Shown here piece by piece: positions 26,110 through 40,090 of a DNA stretch of 64,000 bases. Origin of the DNA: Felis catus (Eukaryota); assembly GCF_018350175.1 (NCBI RefSeq), contig NC_058368.1, positions 232,626,001 through 232,690,000 on the forward strand. Reading direction: 5' to 3'. A program made the translations under genes and the position numbers. A model generated the notes under the pieces. It did no database searches, was not told the origin of the DNA, and saw only the letters and a list, made by a program, of their open reading frames with translations. Positions within the stretch are counted from its first letter, which is position 1. Every line of letters starts with the position of its first letter.

Positions 26110-26569
26110 ATCAGAAGATAAACAACCAACTCAATTGCTACAAAACAGGCGAGATATTTGAGATGAGAATGGCCCAACAAGCATATTGAAAGGTGCTCAG
26201 CATCATTAGTTGTGGGAAAACAGAAACTAAAACCACGATAAGGTAGCACAATCCACCTCTAATATTAGAATAAGAACAATTAGAATTGAGCTACTCCATG
26301 TGTTGGTGAAGATAAGGAACAACTAGAACTCTCGGGCATTGCCACGGCCAGTGGCACGGCCAGTGTGGCGAACCGTTTGGAAGTTTCTTACAAAGTTAAA
26401 CATGTGTGTGAGATCCAAACACTTTGCTCTTCAACATTTACCTGGGAGAAATGAAAGCAGGTAGCCGCATTACATGTGTATATGTACATTTGCAGTCTTT
26501 ATAGACAACAACCAGAAATAACTCTAATGTCCATCAACTGATAAGGGGATTAAAAAGCTGTGGTATATT

Positions 26570-26736
26570 GGGGCACCTGGGTGGCTCGGTCAGTTAAGCG
26601 TCTGACTCTTGATTTCGGCTCAGGTCATGGTCTCATGCTTCGTGAGATCGAGCCCCGCATCGGGTTCTGTGACGACAGTGCGGAGCCAGATTGGGGTGTC
26701 TCTCTCCCTCTCTCTCCCCTTCCCCCACTCATGCAT

Positions 26737-26776
<40 letters not shown>

Positions 26777-26822
26777 GTGCGCGCACGCTCAAAAATAAAT
26801 TAATAAATTAATTTATTTAAAA
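26570..26822 (+). mobile_element. Can-SINE (older)
   Basis: ggggcacctgggtggctcggtcag head; aaaaataaattaataaa tail. Confidence 0.92.
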
Positions 26823-29336
26823 ATGTTGTAGTGTTCTATACAATTCCACACTACTCATCGATAAAAATGAACTGATACAGATACACACAAAAACATGAAC
26901 GAATCTCGCACTCTTTATACTAATATTTGGAGAATATTCTGCAGAGTGCCTTGTATAGGAATACCCATCAGCATTACTTATAATAACCCCCCAAACTGAG
27001 AACAACGCTAACACCCATCAGCAGGAGGGCTTAGTAATTCAATGAATTGTTACTGAGTCCTTGAAAACAACACTTCTGGCACACAAAACCACACGCACAC
27101 GTATCTCACAGACAAATGTTGAGTGAAACATGCAAGTCATGAAATGTCCACACTGTATGATTACAGTCATACAGAACTAATCTAAGATGAAAAAGTAAGA
27201 ATGGTGGTTGCCCCTGGTGGGGTTGACTGAGAGAGAACAGGAGGGAGAGTTCTAAGAAGACAGAAATGTTCTGTATCAGGGCAGATGCATTTACCAATCT
27301 GCGAAGTTAAGATGTGCATTTCAACGTACGAAGTTTTGACCACAACAAAAAGAGTGTAAAATATAAAAGTCAAATAGTAAGGATTGGGATAAAAAAAAAA
27401 TAGCATGGCTTCATTTGAGGTATGAAAGCTGTCCTGTGGGAATATTCTAATATTGGTGCCACCTAAATGTTTGACAGGTGAGAATCTTCCTGTACCCGCA
27501 CCCTACATATGACCTACAACGTGGCGATCTCGACCAGCTTTCACTTTTCTGACTTGGCGTCTGCTCATTCTATTCCTTGTCTTTCGAATGCTGGCTGTTC
27601 CCTTCCTCCTATCCTGTCCATTGAAATTCACCTCATCTTCAAGATCTGTCTCAAATATCACCTCTCCCAGGGCCTTGTAGGATTCTTGACTCGGTGACTC
27701 CTAAAACAAGCCTTGCTACCCATTCTCCAACTTTTTTAACTTGGCTTTTAGAGAAGGTTTGGACCCAAGTTTCTCCTTCCCCCCCTTAAAACTTTGCACT
27801 TTCTTTGTAATCAGCTAGTGTGTCTTTTCTGTGTATCCCTCACAGTGCCTAGACGTGCCCAACACATGGGTGATATTTGACATCTGAATGAATCACATGA
27901 ATGGAATACTCAGTTCTGCTCATTTGCCCTGATGATTGATTTCATCACAGAAAATTTCTATCTGCCTGTTGATTTTTATAGAATACCTTTGCACTCGTTT
28001 CATGCCTTTTCTTTTGCTCACTCTGGTCCCTAAGCACGTGGACTGGGTCCTGCCCCATGTGAGTCTCTTCCATGAGGTTTCTTGCCCTCTTGCTTCACCG
28101 CTCATGTCACCTCTTGGAGCTGGTTCCTTGCTGCAGTTATTCAATAGATTAATATTCTGATCAGGGAAAAGTCCTTGGAAAGAGACTGAAAATTGGCGTA
28201 CATATCACAGATCAATGAATTTCCAACAATATATCTAAGGGGAGAATGTGAAATGTGACTTTGGATGGTTTCCCAGAGGAAGATATCAATACATCTCATT
28301 TAGCCACATCCCAAATACCGTGACTATTGCCTTGAGCCTCAGGAAACACACATTGCACACAAATTACACAAACTGGCATGTGGATGTTACACTTACAGAC
28401 ACTGTGTCCTAGGGAGGACGGCAGTGTAGACTCCAAACCATCATGCAGTTGAGTGGAGACTGTGAAAATTATTCAGCAACTCATACGTGGTGTTTCATAG
28501 GAGTCTGGAATGCACGCAGCTGGCATGTTCTTTTTGATCACATTCCTGAAAGCAGGATCCCGGCCCAGAGGTGTCAACGTTAGGTCACTGCCAGATTGCA
28601 CTGCACAGGCTCACAAACTTCAGCCGCGTTTCAATGCCTTCTGTCCAGGCACAGCTCACAGAAACCCAGACAAAACAAGCCAGTAATGGGCACCGTCAAG
28701 AATGGGGTCCAACATTTTGTCAGAATGCCACACTTGTGAGCTTCAGCATCCATGATAGAGACAAAGCACATTGGTATGAGAACTCATGAGATGAGCCATT
28801 ATCTACTCTTTCCGCAGTCTGGAGGAAAATCACTTAATCACATATGTAATGGGATTAAGAACTCAGGTGATGTGGGGGAATGTAAATCGGCACTCACAAA
28901 CCAACTTCATTTCATTTTTCTAGAAATGAGGTGAGCCTGCTCGGCTGAGAACTGAGATTTTGTTGTTGTTTTGAATGAAAACATGATCCGTAAACTCCTC
29001 AAAGGAAGGAGAGAATATTTGTGTGCCTTCCTTTCAATCTGTCAATAGATTCAGCATTTGAATAAACAGATCTCTCCTCAGAGACATATGTACTTCTCCA
29101 GGGCCAGGTTTCCAAGCTAGAGAGAGAGAGAGAAGCTCTGGGATCTCAACTTATCACTGTGATGAACCCCAAACATTGCGTGGAGAAGCCATTTCAAACA
29201 GAAGACAAAGTGATGACACCCGCAGGGTCTGACATACGTGCCCGACCCCAATCCTGTCCCTTGTGGAGTCTCCACTGACTTCATGCTCAGGGACTGAAGG
29301 CACTGAATGAGACTGAATGGCTGTGTAGCCAGACCA

Positions 29337-30001
29337 TGTATAGAGATAGAACTCTGAGCCATAAACTCTTGTAACCGACCCAGGAAACCCACCCATTACG
29401 TGTGGAACCAGCCCAGGAAGCCAGCCCACTATTGCTAGTAATTATCCAGGAAGACAAATAATAACCCCTGCAATAATCTATTCCAAGTGGCCAGGACTTG
29501 ATGAATAGAGGATGGCCTCCCTGATTTTTGTCCCACTTCCAACTTTGGACCAACCACAGGAAGCCACATGCGTACCCAGCACCAATCACACAGGATGCCC
29601 AGCTTCTGGTTAGCCCTTCTCCAGCTTCAGCCTCCAATCCGGCCAACCTTGCCGTATAAAATCATGTGCTGAGTGGTTACTTGTAGATCTTCTTTGGAGA
29701 AACGTCTATTTAAGTGCTTTGCCCTTTTTTAAATTTGGGTCATTTTGTTGTTGTTGAGTGTGTATATAATTTGTAAACGTTTTCTCCAAAATCTGTGGAT
29801 TGCCATTTCACTCTGTTGATTATATCCTTTGATGCACAGAAGTGTTTAACTTCAATGAAGTCCAATTTATATAAAAACAAACAAACAAACAACAACAAAA
29901 CATCCGTGCCAAATACAAGTGAGGGTGAGGACTCCCTTGCTCCAGGGAGCTCTGAATAAGGACCCCTTGTTTCTTCTCATTAGGTGGTCTTTATTCCCAC
30001 A
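29337..30001 (+). mobile_element. ERV1-like LTR remnant interrupted by an antisense L1 fragment (about 29665-29870)
   Basis: TG start, accaatcac CCAAT repeats, aataa..., ends cccaca; L1 text tcctttgatgcacagaag. Confidence 0.5.
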
Positions 30002-30875
30002 ACTCTATTCGGTGGCTTCCCAGAACTCCCTGCTTCATTCAGGAGAACCCGCCAAAGTCCAGTCATTTTGTAACCTGATGACCACCTCCGGCCACACACA
30101 TGTCTGGTCCATTTAAGCTTGTCTGTCCTCTTGTCCAACTTCTTGGGACTTGAATGGGCACCAGACAGACTCAATTAAGGTAAATATGAGGTAGCTATCT
30201 CCCTAGAGAAACTGTGGGCCAATCAAAGAGCTGTGGGCCACCACCCAATCAAAGAGCTGTCAGTGGCATTGACCCCAGTGTGGATGCACTGATGGAGGGG
30301 ACGTGAGACAGCAGGTGCCCTCAGGTCAGCCCCTTCACCCACATTGGCCAATCGCTGCACACTCGACCTAAGCCACATCCAGACCTAGAAGGTGTATTAG
30401 CTGTGCCTCCACGATCAACTCATTATTTTCCTTTGTCTCAACGCTGAGAAAGCACAATGTTTCCAAGACCGAATTAAATTCATCTAAATAATACAGCAAT
30501 TACGAAATGGATGAGAAAATATTCAACGTCTGAAAATTAAAACGAGAGTTCTACTTAGAAACAGAGGAAATGTTAAAATTAAGATAATATTCACCACAGT
30601 GAAGGAGAGGAGAAATGCATATATACAGTTACAAAAAATTTTAATGTGATGGGGCAACATGGTTAGGTGCCTAATTTTTTTTCATATATATATGTTTTTT
30701 GGTCCAGTAATTTTGTTTGGGAAGCTAAATCTAAGAATCTGCTTTGGACAAATTTAAAATATTTCTGCGCAAAGATATTAACAGAAGGGTCATAGGTAGC
30801 AGTGATGAGGAAATGCATATGGTATGTTAATAAGTGAAAATTAGCGTGCAGACCTATTTATGGAACACCTGCGCG

Positions 30876-30918
<43 letters not shown>

Positions 30919-31148
30919 TGGTCAGTAGCAATACTAACCAGTACAGCTGCAGCATATTGACTCATTTACCCCTCACAGTTATTCACCCCCATTTTACATA
31001 TTAATAGATGTTAGGTAACTTACTGGAGAGTACACTTTAACATATGTTCATTAATACTGTCTATATTCATTCATGCCAATCTATTTAAGACTATAGCTTA
31101 AGATAAAAGTGAACACTAATGAATCAGAATCTCCTTAGAAATATTTCC

Positions 31149-31359
31149 CTCTATGACCCAGCAATTGCACTACTAGGTATTTACCCAAAGGTACAAAAAT
31201 ATTGATTTGAAGGGGTACATGCACCCGATATTTACAGCAGCATTGTCTACAATAGCCAAATTAGGGAAAGAGCCCAAATGTCCACAGACTGATGAATGGA
31301 TAAAGATGATGTGGTTTATATGTATACCACATCATCTGTATCTCTCTTTCTCTCTCTTT

Positions 31360-31415
<56 letters not shown>

Positions 31416-31901
31416 CACACATATATATGTATGTATGTATATATGTATATATGTGTGTGTATATATATATTCCATATATAATGGAATATTACTCAGCTAT
31501 AAAAAGAATGAAATCTTGCCATTTGCAACAGTGTGGATGGAGTTCGAGTGTATTACGCTAAGCAAAATTAAATCAGTCAGAGAAAAACAAATACCATATG
31601 ATTTCACTCATATGTGGAATCTAAGAAACAAAACAGATGAACCCGGGGGAACGAAAAAGAAAAGAGAGGGGGAGGCAAACCATAAGAGACTTTTAAATAC
31701 AGAGAATGAACTGAGGGCTGCTGGAGGGGGAGAAGGTGGGGGGGATGGGCTAAATGGGTGATGGGCATTCAGGAGGGCACATTTAGGGATGAGCACTGGG
31801 TGTTGTATGTAATTGATGAATCCCTAAATTCTAATCCTAAAAACGAATATTACACTGTATGTTAACTATCACTTAAATAAAAGCTGCAAACAAACCAAAA
31901 A
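31149..31901 (+). mobile_element. 5'-truncated carnivore L1 (ORF2 C-terminus and 3' UTR) with internal (CA)/(TA) microsatellite
   Basis: ORF remnant FTAALSTIAKLGKEPKCPQTDEWIK; TSD agaaatatttcc at 31137/31902. Confidence 0.92.
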
Positions 31902-32949
31902 AGAAATATTTCCTTTAATTATAGGTGCAATGAATTCAGACTGGTTTTAGCCAGCAACAATTACACAGTTATTTAATTTCATAACGAACACTACTGTTTC
32001 CTAGCAAGAGGTTTTAAGGGATCATATTAATAACAGAAATCCTCCAAAATAATTATTGACCTCTACATTATTGTGGTAAACTAGCAAATACATTATTTAA
32101 ACACTGCTCTGATGTTCATTTCCAATTACTAGGTAAGCATATTGTATATTTTTTATGAAGTTAAATGCTTTTGTTTTGACTAAGATCCCAATTCTTCTTT
32201 CTTGTCTTCTTTTCACATCTGATATGTATCTCATTTACTTCGGTGGTTTATCAAACAGATAAAACAACTCAAAGCCAAGAAGAATGCTTCAAAACATCTA
32301 TAACATTTGATACCTGTCAATGTTATATATTAGCGATACCAAAAAATATTTTACATAAGTTAAATGCTGCTGAAACCTTTTAAATTGATTTTGTAGTTAC
32401 TCCAAAGGAGCATGTAATGATCCAATAATGTTGCCAGGAGTCATGCTGAACGGTAGACCTAGAAGGTTAAGGGTCGTGGCCCCTCCTCTGTGTTTCTACA
32501 AAATGTGAAACTTGTTCTGAGCTTGAAAAGTCATGTTCAGGACTAGGAACAAACAAGCAGAAGCCGCTGAGTTCTGCATATGCTCTGATAGAAGTTGGTA
32601 ACAAATTGATATTGTACCCTCATCACATATTGAATAAGTGAGAATTTAAATGACTCCTGTGACATCAGTCCCTGAGAAGGCCACCATCGTCAAATGCCAC
32701 AGGGGACCAGAATTTAATGGAACCAGTCCTTGTGCTTGGGTCAGATGGTGTTTGACAATGGAGTTATGGGGCAGGGCAATGTTATCACCTTTTTTGTTAA
32801 ATTTAGCTTGACAGCTTCCCCCTGCCCACTGGGGAGCTCTGCCTTGTGCAGACATCATAAACTCCCCAGGATTTTGTGTAGGAGTTGGCTATAATGATGC
32901 CACTGATTTGACACTATCTGGTCAACATTAAATACAATTTGCATGTTTA

Positions 32950-33210
32950 CTTATTTATTTATTATTTATTTATTTTTATTTTTTAATGTTTATTTAGTTT
33001 TGAAAGACAGAGACAGAGAGAGAGAGAGAGCATGAGCGGGGAAGGGGCAAAGAGAGAGGGAGACACAGAATGGGAAGCAGGCTCCAGGCTCTGAGCCATC
33101 AGCACAGAGCCCGAGGCGGGGCCCGAACTCACGAGGCTAGAAATCTTGAGCTGTGAGATATGACCTGAGCTGAAGTCGGACACTCAACTGACCGAGCCAC
33201 CCAGGTGCCT
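32950..33210 (-). mobile_element. Can-SINE
   Basis: antisense body; TSD acaatttg. Confidence 0.94.
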
Positions 33211-33574
33211 CACAATTTGTTTTTTTTTTTAAGTATAGCTTTAACTATAAACATGAAAGTATGCATTTAGCCGCAATTTAGTTTTCCTGCAGAATTCTCA
33301 GAATACATTTTCTTCTATTATAGGTCTCTAGAAAATTATATGTCACATTCTTAAATTTGAGTATGCTGCATGTCATGGGTGACCCCAAATAAATCTCAGA
33401 GCGTATTTAAAAATGACACTGTCAGTTTAAATATATATACTGTTTTTATAATCATAAAAAGTCACTTTATTCTGGGCCTGATATTTCTCTTTTATAATAA
33501 AGGAGTGTAAGAGGATAATATCTCATTCCTTCTTTGAGCTTTTCTAGATCTGACTGTGAAAGAAAGAATGCAGG

Positions 33575-33647
33575 AGACAGAGAGAGGAAGAAAGGAAGGG
33601 AAAAATGAAGGAGGGAACGAAGGAAGGAAGGAACAAAGGAAAGAAGG
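33575..33647. repeat. (GGAA)n-like purine tract
   Basis: direct inspection. Confidence 0.85.
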
Positions 33648-34743
33648 TAGTTCAGTGCCCTGTAGTTACAGAGTATCTCTAATTTTTAAATTTTAATTTG
33701 CTCAGTGAATGACATAGAAGTTGATTAGATATCCTTCCTAATTTTTTTCAGCATTTTTCATTTAATTCATTTGCATAAGATGAGGTAAGAAAAACTGGCT
33801 ATCCTTTCTTATTCCTTAAGGAAATTTTATGGTTAGTTTACAGGACCCCAGGGCAGATGTTAATATTAAGTAATGAGAGCATATGGTACAAAGACTGATT
33901 CATTGTGAACTACGTATCATAGCATCACTGGGAAATTTAAAAAAAAACAAAAGAATCCATGCAATAATTTTCAAGCTGTACTCTTAATAGTGCCAGAATC
34001 TCTTAAGCCTTACGCTGTTTGATTTATCCTCGGATTCTCTTTCCAATTAAACATACTGATAGTTGGAATTCTAAAAAGCCTCAGAGAATAGGAAATGCTC
34101 TTGTCTTTAACATAATTTTAAATGCAGACATCCTGATTTACCAGTTACCACTAATGCCTTCCTAAGATCAAACACATTGCACTTTTGACTAAAAAAGGAG
34201 TCATTTCACAAAGCTGCTCTGCAAAACTCAAGAACAATTACCACCAAGAAATAGAGACTTGAGACCAGACAGCAGTAAAGTTCACAGAAGATTTCTCTCC
34301 TTTGGAGACCTACAGGAGATTACAGAGGATCAGGGACAGAAGCAATGATTTAGGATCCCCACCCTCAATCTACCCGCCTCCAGAAATGGTTCCTTAATAA
34401 ATATGGGAGCTGAAACTACGGTTTGCATAACATTCCGTTGTTAGGACTTACCGTTATCAATCTGCATCTTTTTGAAATATCCTGTAGTCTGAAGAGGGTT
34501 ACAATTCAGTCGTTATTTTAGAGTGTACTACCACCGTAGGAAATCAAGGCTGCCTTTTAGGGGTGCCATCTGCTATCATATCATTTAGCTGTGCCAAAAC
34601 ACCCACATAGTTAGCGTATAGGCTCTTCTCCAAGAAATCTGCCACATTGTGTTTGCGTTTGCATCCCTAGAAATAAGCCCGGTGTCTAGTAAGGAGCTGG
34701 TGGCCGACAAATCTCTGCGTAATGGTGGTTTTTGAGGAGGAGG

Positions 34744-34967
34744 TGTATTAGATTCCTAGGGCTGCCGGATGCCCTAAATGAGAGAAGCTTATTGTCTTAC
34801 AGTTCTTGAAGCTAGACATCCAAAATCGAGATGTCAGCAGGACCACACTCCCTCTGAAACCTGTAGGGAAGAATCTTTCCTTGACTTTTTTTAGGTGCTG
34901 GTGGGTACTGTTAATGTCCTTAGCTTGTAGCTTTATCAGACCTAATCCCTGCCGCCTGTCATCCCAG

Positions 34968-35012
<45 letters not shown>

Positions 35013-35185
35013 TTTCCCTCTGCTTATAAGGACACCAGTCGTATTGTATTAGGGCCCACCCTAAAAACCTCATCTTGATTACAACGGAAAGGATCCGGCT
35101 TCCAAATAAGGTCACATTCCAAATAAGGTTCTGGGGTTCAGGGCTTCGATTTCTTTTGGGGTGGACAACATTCCTCCCATAACAC
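34744..35185 (-). mobile_element. MaLR LTR (MLT1B/C-like) with (TG)n
   Basis: tgtattagattcctagggctgcc...cttataaggacaccagtc...tccaaataaggtcacattc...ccataaca. Confidence 0.88.
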
Positions 35186-35835
35186 AAAGCACCGTGTCCC
35201 ACATGTTTGTTGTATCTCCCTGGTACCAAGTAATATCGTGAGCACCTACCTGCCTCCCAGAAACGTGCTGGCTAATTGCTGGATCTGTACACTCTTACTG
35301 TGTTATGAATCTTTGTTCGCGAAAATGCAAAGAAAAGAGTACGTCCTCTGTGCTACAGTTCATCATCAGGCCGGCTCTACCCACTTGCTGTTCAGGCAGA
35401 GCGATGGCTGTAGCTTCTGCCTCAGTTCCTTGGGAAGACACGTAGAGAAGACCATCGTTTTCTCCCAAGACAAAAGTTGGGACAATCGTCCCCGAAAACC
35501 CCAACTTCAACCATTTCTATTGCAAGAGGTTGTCCATGAGATGCGCCTCGAATGTTGAATGATGGGAACCGCTGGTTAATTTTGTTGATGCAGAAGATGA
35601 TATAAAGTGGGACATCCCCTACGAATGTGGAATGTGCCTGTCTTTAGGATTGAAAAATGTAAATATTTTCATCAACAACGAAGAAGCACCTGGACTCAGC
35701 TAAAAATGAATGAATTCTCGTAAGCCTAAAAGGAATCGCTAAGGATGTTTCCGTTCTTACGTTCCAAAATCTTCTTGGGGCAAGATAATTTATATAATTA
35801 TGATACGTGGATATATATACTATACATAATTGATA

Positions 35836-36210
35836 TACGTGGATGGACCTGGAGGGTACTATGCTAGGTGAAAAAAGTCAGTCAGAGAAAGACAAACACC
35901 ATATGATTTCGTTCCCATGTGGAATTTAAGAAACAAAACAGGTGAACAAAAGGGGAAGAGAAAAGAGAGGGGCGAACCAGAAAACAGACTCTTAAAGATA
36001 GAGAACAAACTGAAGGTTGATGGAGAGAAGTGGGTGGGGGATGGGTTAGATGGGTGGTGGGTGTTAGGGAATGCACTTGTTATGATGAGCCTTTGCTGTT
36101 GTACGTAAGGGACGAATCACTAAATTTCACATTTGAAACTAATATTACACCGTATGCTAACTAACTGGAATTTAAGTTAAAACTTGAAAAAGGAAAAACA
36201 AACAAACAAA
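35836..36210 (+). mobile_element. Carnivore L1 3' end
   Basis: ggatggacctggagggtactatgctaggtgaaa...atgtggaatttaagaaacaaaaca; similar to 31530-31880. Confidence 0.9.
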
Positions 36211-36316
36211 CCATAGAGGTGGCTTTTAAAAATGTGGCTTCATGAAAACAGCGCTCAGGTATTTAAGTATCCCCAATGTGGCTATTGCAATTGTACCTAT
36301 TAGAATATAAATTTCT

Positions 36317-36530
36317 TTTTTTTTTCAACGTTTTTATTTATTTTTGGGACAGAGAGAGACAGAGCATGAACGGGGGAAGGGCAGAGAGAGAGGGAGACAC
36401 AGAATCGGAAACAGGGTCCAGGCTCCGAGCCATCAGCCCATAGCCTGACGCGGGGCTCGAACCCACGGACCGCGAGATCGTGACCCGGCTGAAGTCGGAC
36501 GCTTAACCGACTGCACCACCCAGGCGCCCC
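36317..36530 (-). mobile_element. Young feline Can-SINE (SINEC_Fc)
   Basis: perfect 16-bp TSD tagaatataaatttct. Confidence 0.97.
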
Positions 36531-37935
36531 TAGAATATAAATTTCTAATGAAATAGGAGATACACGTGAAATGGGCTCGGATGAAACGTGGAGTCGATGA
36601 AGCGTTCAACATTGGTCACCTATCAATCGTGGTGTAGAAATACACTTAATTATGCAACGGACGTATGGAGCTGTCCACATTCACAGACTACACTAAGGAG
36701 AATGAGAGGTCTATAAAGTCCCCAGGAGAGGTGGCAGATTTTCAGCGACCCGTGGAAACTCTTTCCTCTGGACTCCTGGAGACTTAGTGGAGGGAGGTTT
36801 GCGGGGAGTGGGAGGTGCAGGCCGTGGCTGCGGAGAGAAGCAAAGTTAACTGACCCCAGGAGAAATTGCTTCCCTGACCGGGGCCACTCAACCACACGCC
36901 CCCAGAGGTGAGGTCTAGAGCTCGGCCATCTGTGTAGAGGCACGGAAATTTCCGGGCTGAAAAGTGATTTATTTTAAAAGTCAACTTATTTAAAAAATAC
37001 TTAAAATTATTTAAAATTTTATATTGAATAAATGCTCTACTAGAACTCATATAGCCGGAATTCACTGGCAGAATAATGTGGTCAACATGCCACTTGTACA
37101 TCCTGCCTTCCCAAACCCATGCTTCAGAAGAACATTGGTTTTGGAATCAGAAAAAATCATAGTGGAAGATCCCAGGGAAGAAGCCATAACAGTACCGTGA
37201 CATTCCCGTGTAATTAATGAATCCCTTCCTTTAAAAGGACTCCAGGCTTCCTAGACAAGGACAGAAAACCAGATCCTCATATTAGAGCTTTCATTCTCTC
37301 CCATATTTCCTACTCTAGTGGCCCAGTAGAATCTAGAAACTCAAACTGAAACCGAAAAGGGTTGATGTCAATACTCGCCATTTTTGGTTTGCCCAAGGTT
37401 GTCCATACGTCTAGTAAAAACACCTAATTTATTCTGCCATGGCAGTGCACGTTCACCCTGACTTCTGTAATAATGCCTCAGTCTTCCTAAGCCCTCCTTA
37501 GGGTGGACGACTTTCTCCACTTTTCATGAAACCGAAAGCTTTCTTAGGATATAGGGCTTTTAGGAATAAAAGGAGATAATTTTAAGACAAATCGGGAAGA
37601 ACTGATAACCCCACTTCCTCCAAACCATATACAATGAGAATATCTATCGAACTGCCTTCTCCCTGACTCCTGGCCCCATCAAGGGAACTAGCATGTGACC
37701 CACACTACGCCCATCAGAATCTCTCTCTTTTGTAACTTGAATCTTGGCTGGGAGAGAGAATCAAGGATAAAATATTGGAAACTCTGCACCCCGAAGGTAT
37801 TGTCCATGTGTCTCATTTCCCAGGATGCCTGTGTTCTCTGGCTCTGGACCTTCTGAAAACTGATTACACAGCCACCCTGAGTCATAACAAATTTCTCCTT
37901 TGCGTGAGTTAACCAGAGTGGGAGCACAGCACTGG

Positions 37936-38550
37936 TGACGAGGGAGAATAAGGCAAGCTGACAGGCTGCAAACACTCACTCCCCACCGCCAGGTGGGATG
38001 TATGTGATACTCCTCGGCACTCCTGGCTGCCCCAAAGCAAAGGAAAGGGGAAAAAACAAATGGTTAACTGATTGAGATCATAGAACTGTAGGACCTAAGT
38101 CTCCGTCACCCCTCCATAGTGATGTGGGAACAAAGGCAGAAGGAAATGGCAGGTAAAAGGAAATTTCCTTATAACCTGCAACCCATTGGTAGATACTTGA
38201 GGCCGGCAGAGTAAAACATTTCTCCAGGAACTCCCTATGTCTTAATGCTAATGCTTTGCTAGAGGGCAAACAACCCAAATTTGACAATAGCTAGGCCTCC
38301 AGTATCCTGGGAGTCTTCCTTAGCATATGAAAATCTCACTGGAAACTTCCCCTGGACTTTACCTCCCCCCAGCTCCATATTATAAAACCAGTCTCTCCTC
38401 ATGGTCCCGGGGCAGCTCTTCCTGCCCATAGGTCCTGTTCCCTTGCTTCAATAAAATCACCTTTTTGCACCAAAGATGTCTTCTAGAATTCTTTCTTGGC
38501 TGTCAGCTCTAGACCCTTCGAACCCCACTGTCACCCCAAAAACCTCATCA
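37936..38550 (+). mobile_element. ERV solo LTR (class I-like)
   Basis: terminal inverted repeats tgacgagg...cctcatca; TSD actgg/actga; TATAAA near 38381, AATAAA near 38450. Confidence 0.8.
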
Positions 38551-38739
38551 ACTGACACCAGAAAACTCTCACTGGGGCAGAGATTGTCCCATGGAGTTGA
38601 GGGGAGACAAGTGAGAGATGCCCACTGTGGGGTCGGTGGAGGCAACAAAGCGGAGGAAGTGAGAGTTCTTTTCTTTCCCTGCTTATCCCGAGGACAGAAC
38701 AGGAAATCCTGCTGTAAACACAGAATTTTGTTCAAGTGT

Positions 38740-40090
38740 GTCTGTTGTGTCTTGTGACTCACACCAATGCCTGCGGTGGATGAACTTCAAAGGACTTGAT
38801 AGATGAATGTTAAGGCCTTGGAAATAGATCAGAAAAGGAGGAAGCCACCGTGTTGCCAACACAGGAGCTGTCTCCCTCGGGCCAGGACTCCAGGATGACC
38901 CTTGGGACTGATGAACAGAGGCCTACGGGCAGGAAGTACAGCCCGGGATCATAAGGGGACCTGGTCCCGGCCTGGTCCTCCCAAGAACTCACCCCTGTGG
39001 GACAAATGTGGCATGGCACTTGGCCTCCCCTAGGGTTCTGCCTCCAGGCAAAGTGCAGGCTGTCCATTGTTTTGAGTTATCCAAAGGTGGACATAAGGAT
39101 ACATATTAAACTGAACTTTGTGGATCTGGGCCCATCCTCAGATCCATTCTAAAAGGCAGAGTATCCCCGACTGGATGTCAATCCAGGAACAGTATCTCAA
39201 CATTGGTCCCTAATTAATCAACTGGCCCAAATACAAATCAACAGGAAGCCAGCTACACCTTCACAGGAGCTGTTTTGTTGTTGTTGTTGTTGTTTGTTTG
39301 TTCGTTTGTTTGTTTCAGAGACACTGGGCTCCCCTACAAAGAATTGGGGTTGCTTAGACCCTACAGGGACCCCGAAGCCCCAGACCCAGGGCAGGCAGGT
39401 TTTTAGGTGGTGCTGTTCCAACAAGGACAGCCTCTCAATGCATCTCTCAACTCAAAGGGTCCTTGGAGAACAGCAGATAAGAGAGGGACGCCAGCAGGGG
39501 AGGCACCACCTTGGAGCCCGCCCTCTGCCAGGGCAGTGGGTCCCTCTCTTCTGACCCAGCAGGGTGTGGACATTGCTCAGGACCCATCCCTGTCACCTTG
39601 GTCTGCAGGCTGCCTCTCTTTCTCCTCTTTCCCAGTGACACCAGAAACAGTGCCCGGGTTCATGAGGGCTGTTGTCTCTGGGAAGGGTGGGAGAGGGGGA
39701 AACTGGGAAATGTTCCAAAGCACCCAACAAAATGGAGACTTCCTTCTATCTTCTAGAGGAGGTAATTTGACAACTTGGGACTAGGAGCCTGCCGAAATTA
39801 GGCTCCTCCCCTCTCACAGAGGCTGTGAGAGAGGGGTCTGGGGCATGATCCTTCAGAACTATGTTTCAAGGATCTGGTCCCAGGTCCTTGAGAAAGGCGT
39901 TCCCGCATTGCAAAACTGGCAGAAGACTTTAAAAAAAGGTTTACATCTCAAAGAATCAGAGAAATAATTCGCAACTGCAAGTCTTTCAATGTAAATGCTT
40001 TAGGAAAACGGAAGTCAGACCTGGAATCAGGAAAAATCACACCTAACTTGGGTCAAGCTGAAAGAAAAAGGAAGTCAATCTTGGTCACCG
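38740..40090. mobile_element. Old ERV1-like LTR fragments (MER4-group-like)
   Basis: cttcagaactatgtttcaaggatctggtcccaggtccttgagaaagg; boundaries uncertain. Confidence 0.4.

Larger units (their letters stand above)
24270..27370 (+). mobile_element. Fragmented ancient L1 (ORF2 end/3' UTR) hosting nested MER44 and four SINEs
   Basis: aactcaagatggatcagatacttaaacgtaagagctaaa; aaaggtgctcagcatcattag; aatgtccatcaactgataa. Confidence 0.75.

Noticed and set aside
31207..31761. 184-aa ORF
   Set aside because: L1 ORF2 C-terminus/3' UTR read through a microsatellite; 5'-truncated element
39808..39836. Hairpin ctctcacag-agg-ctgtgagag
   Set aside because: Short and lies within probable old LTR sequence; no evidence of an ncRNA
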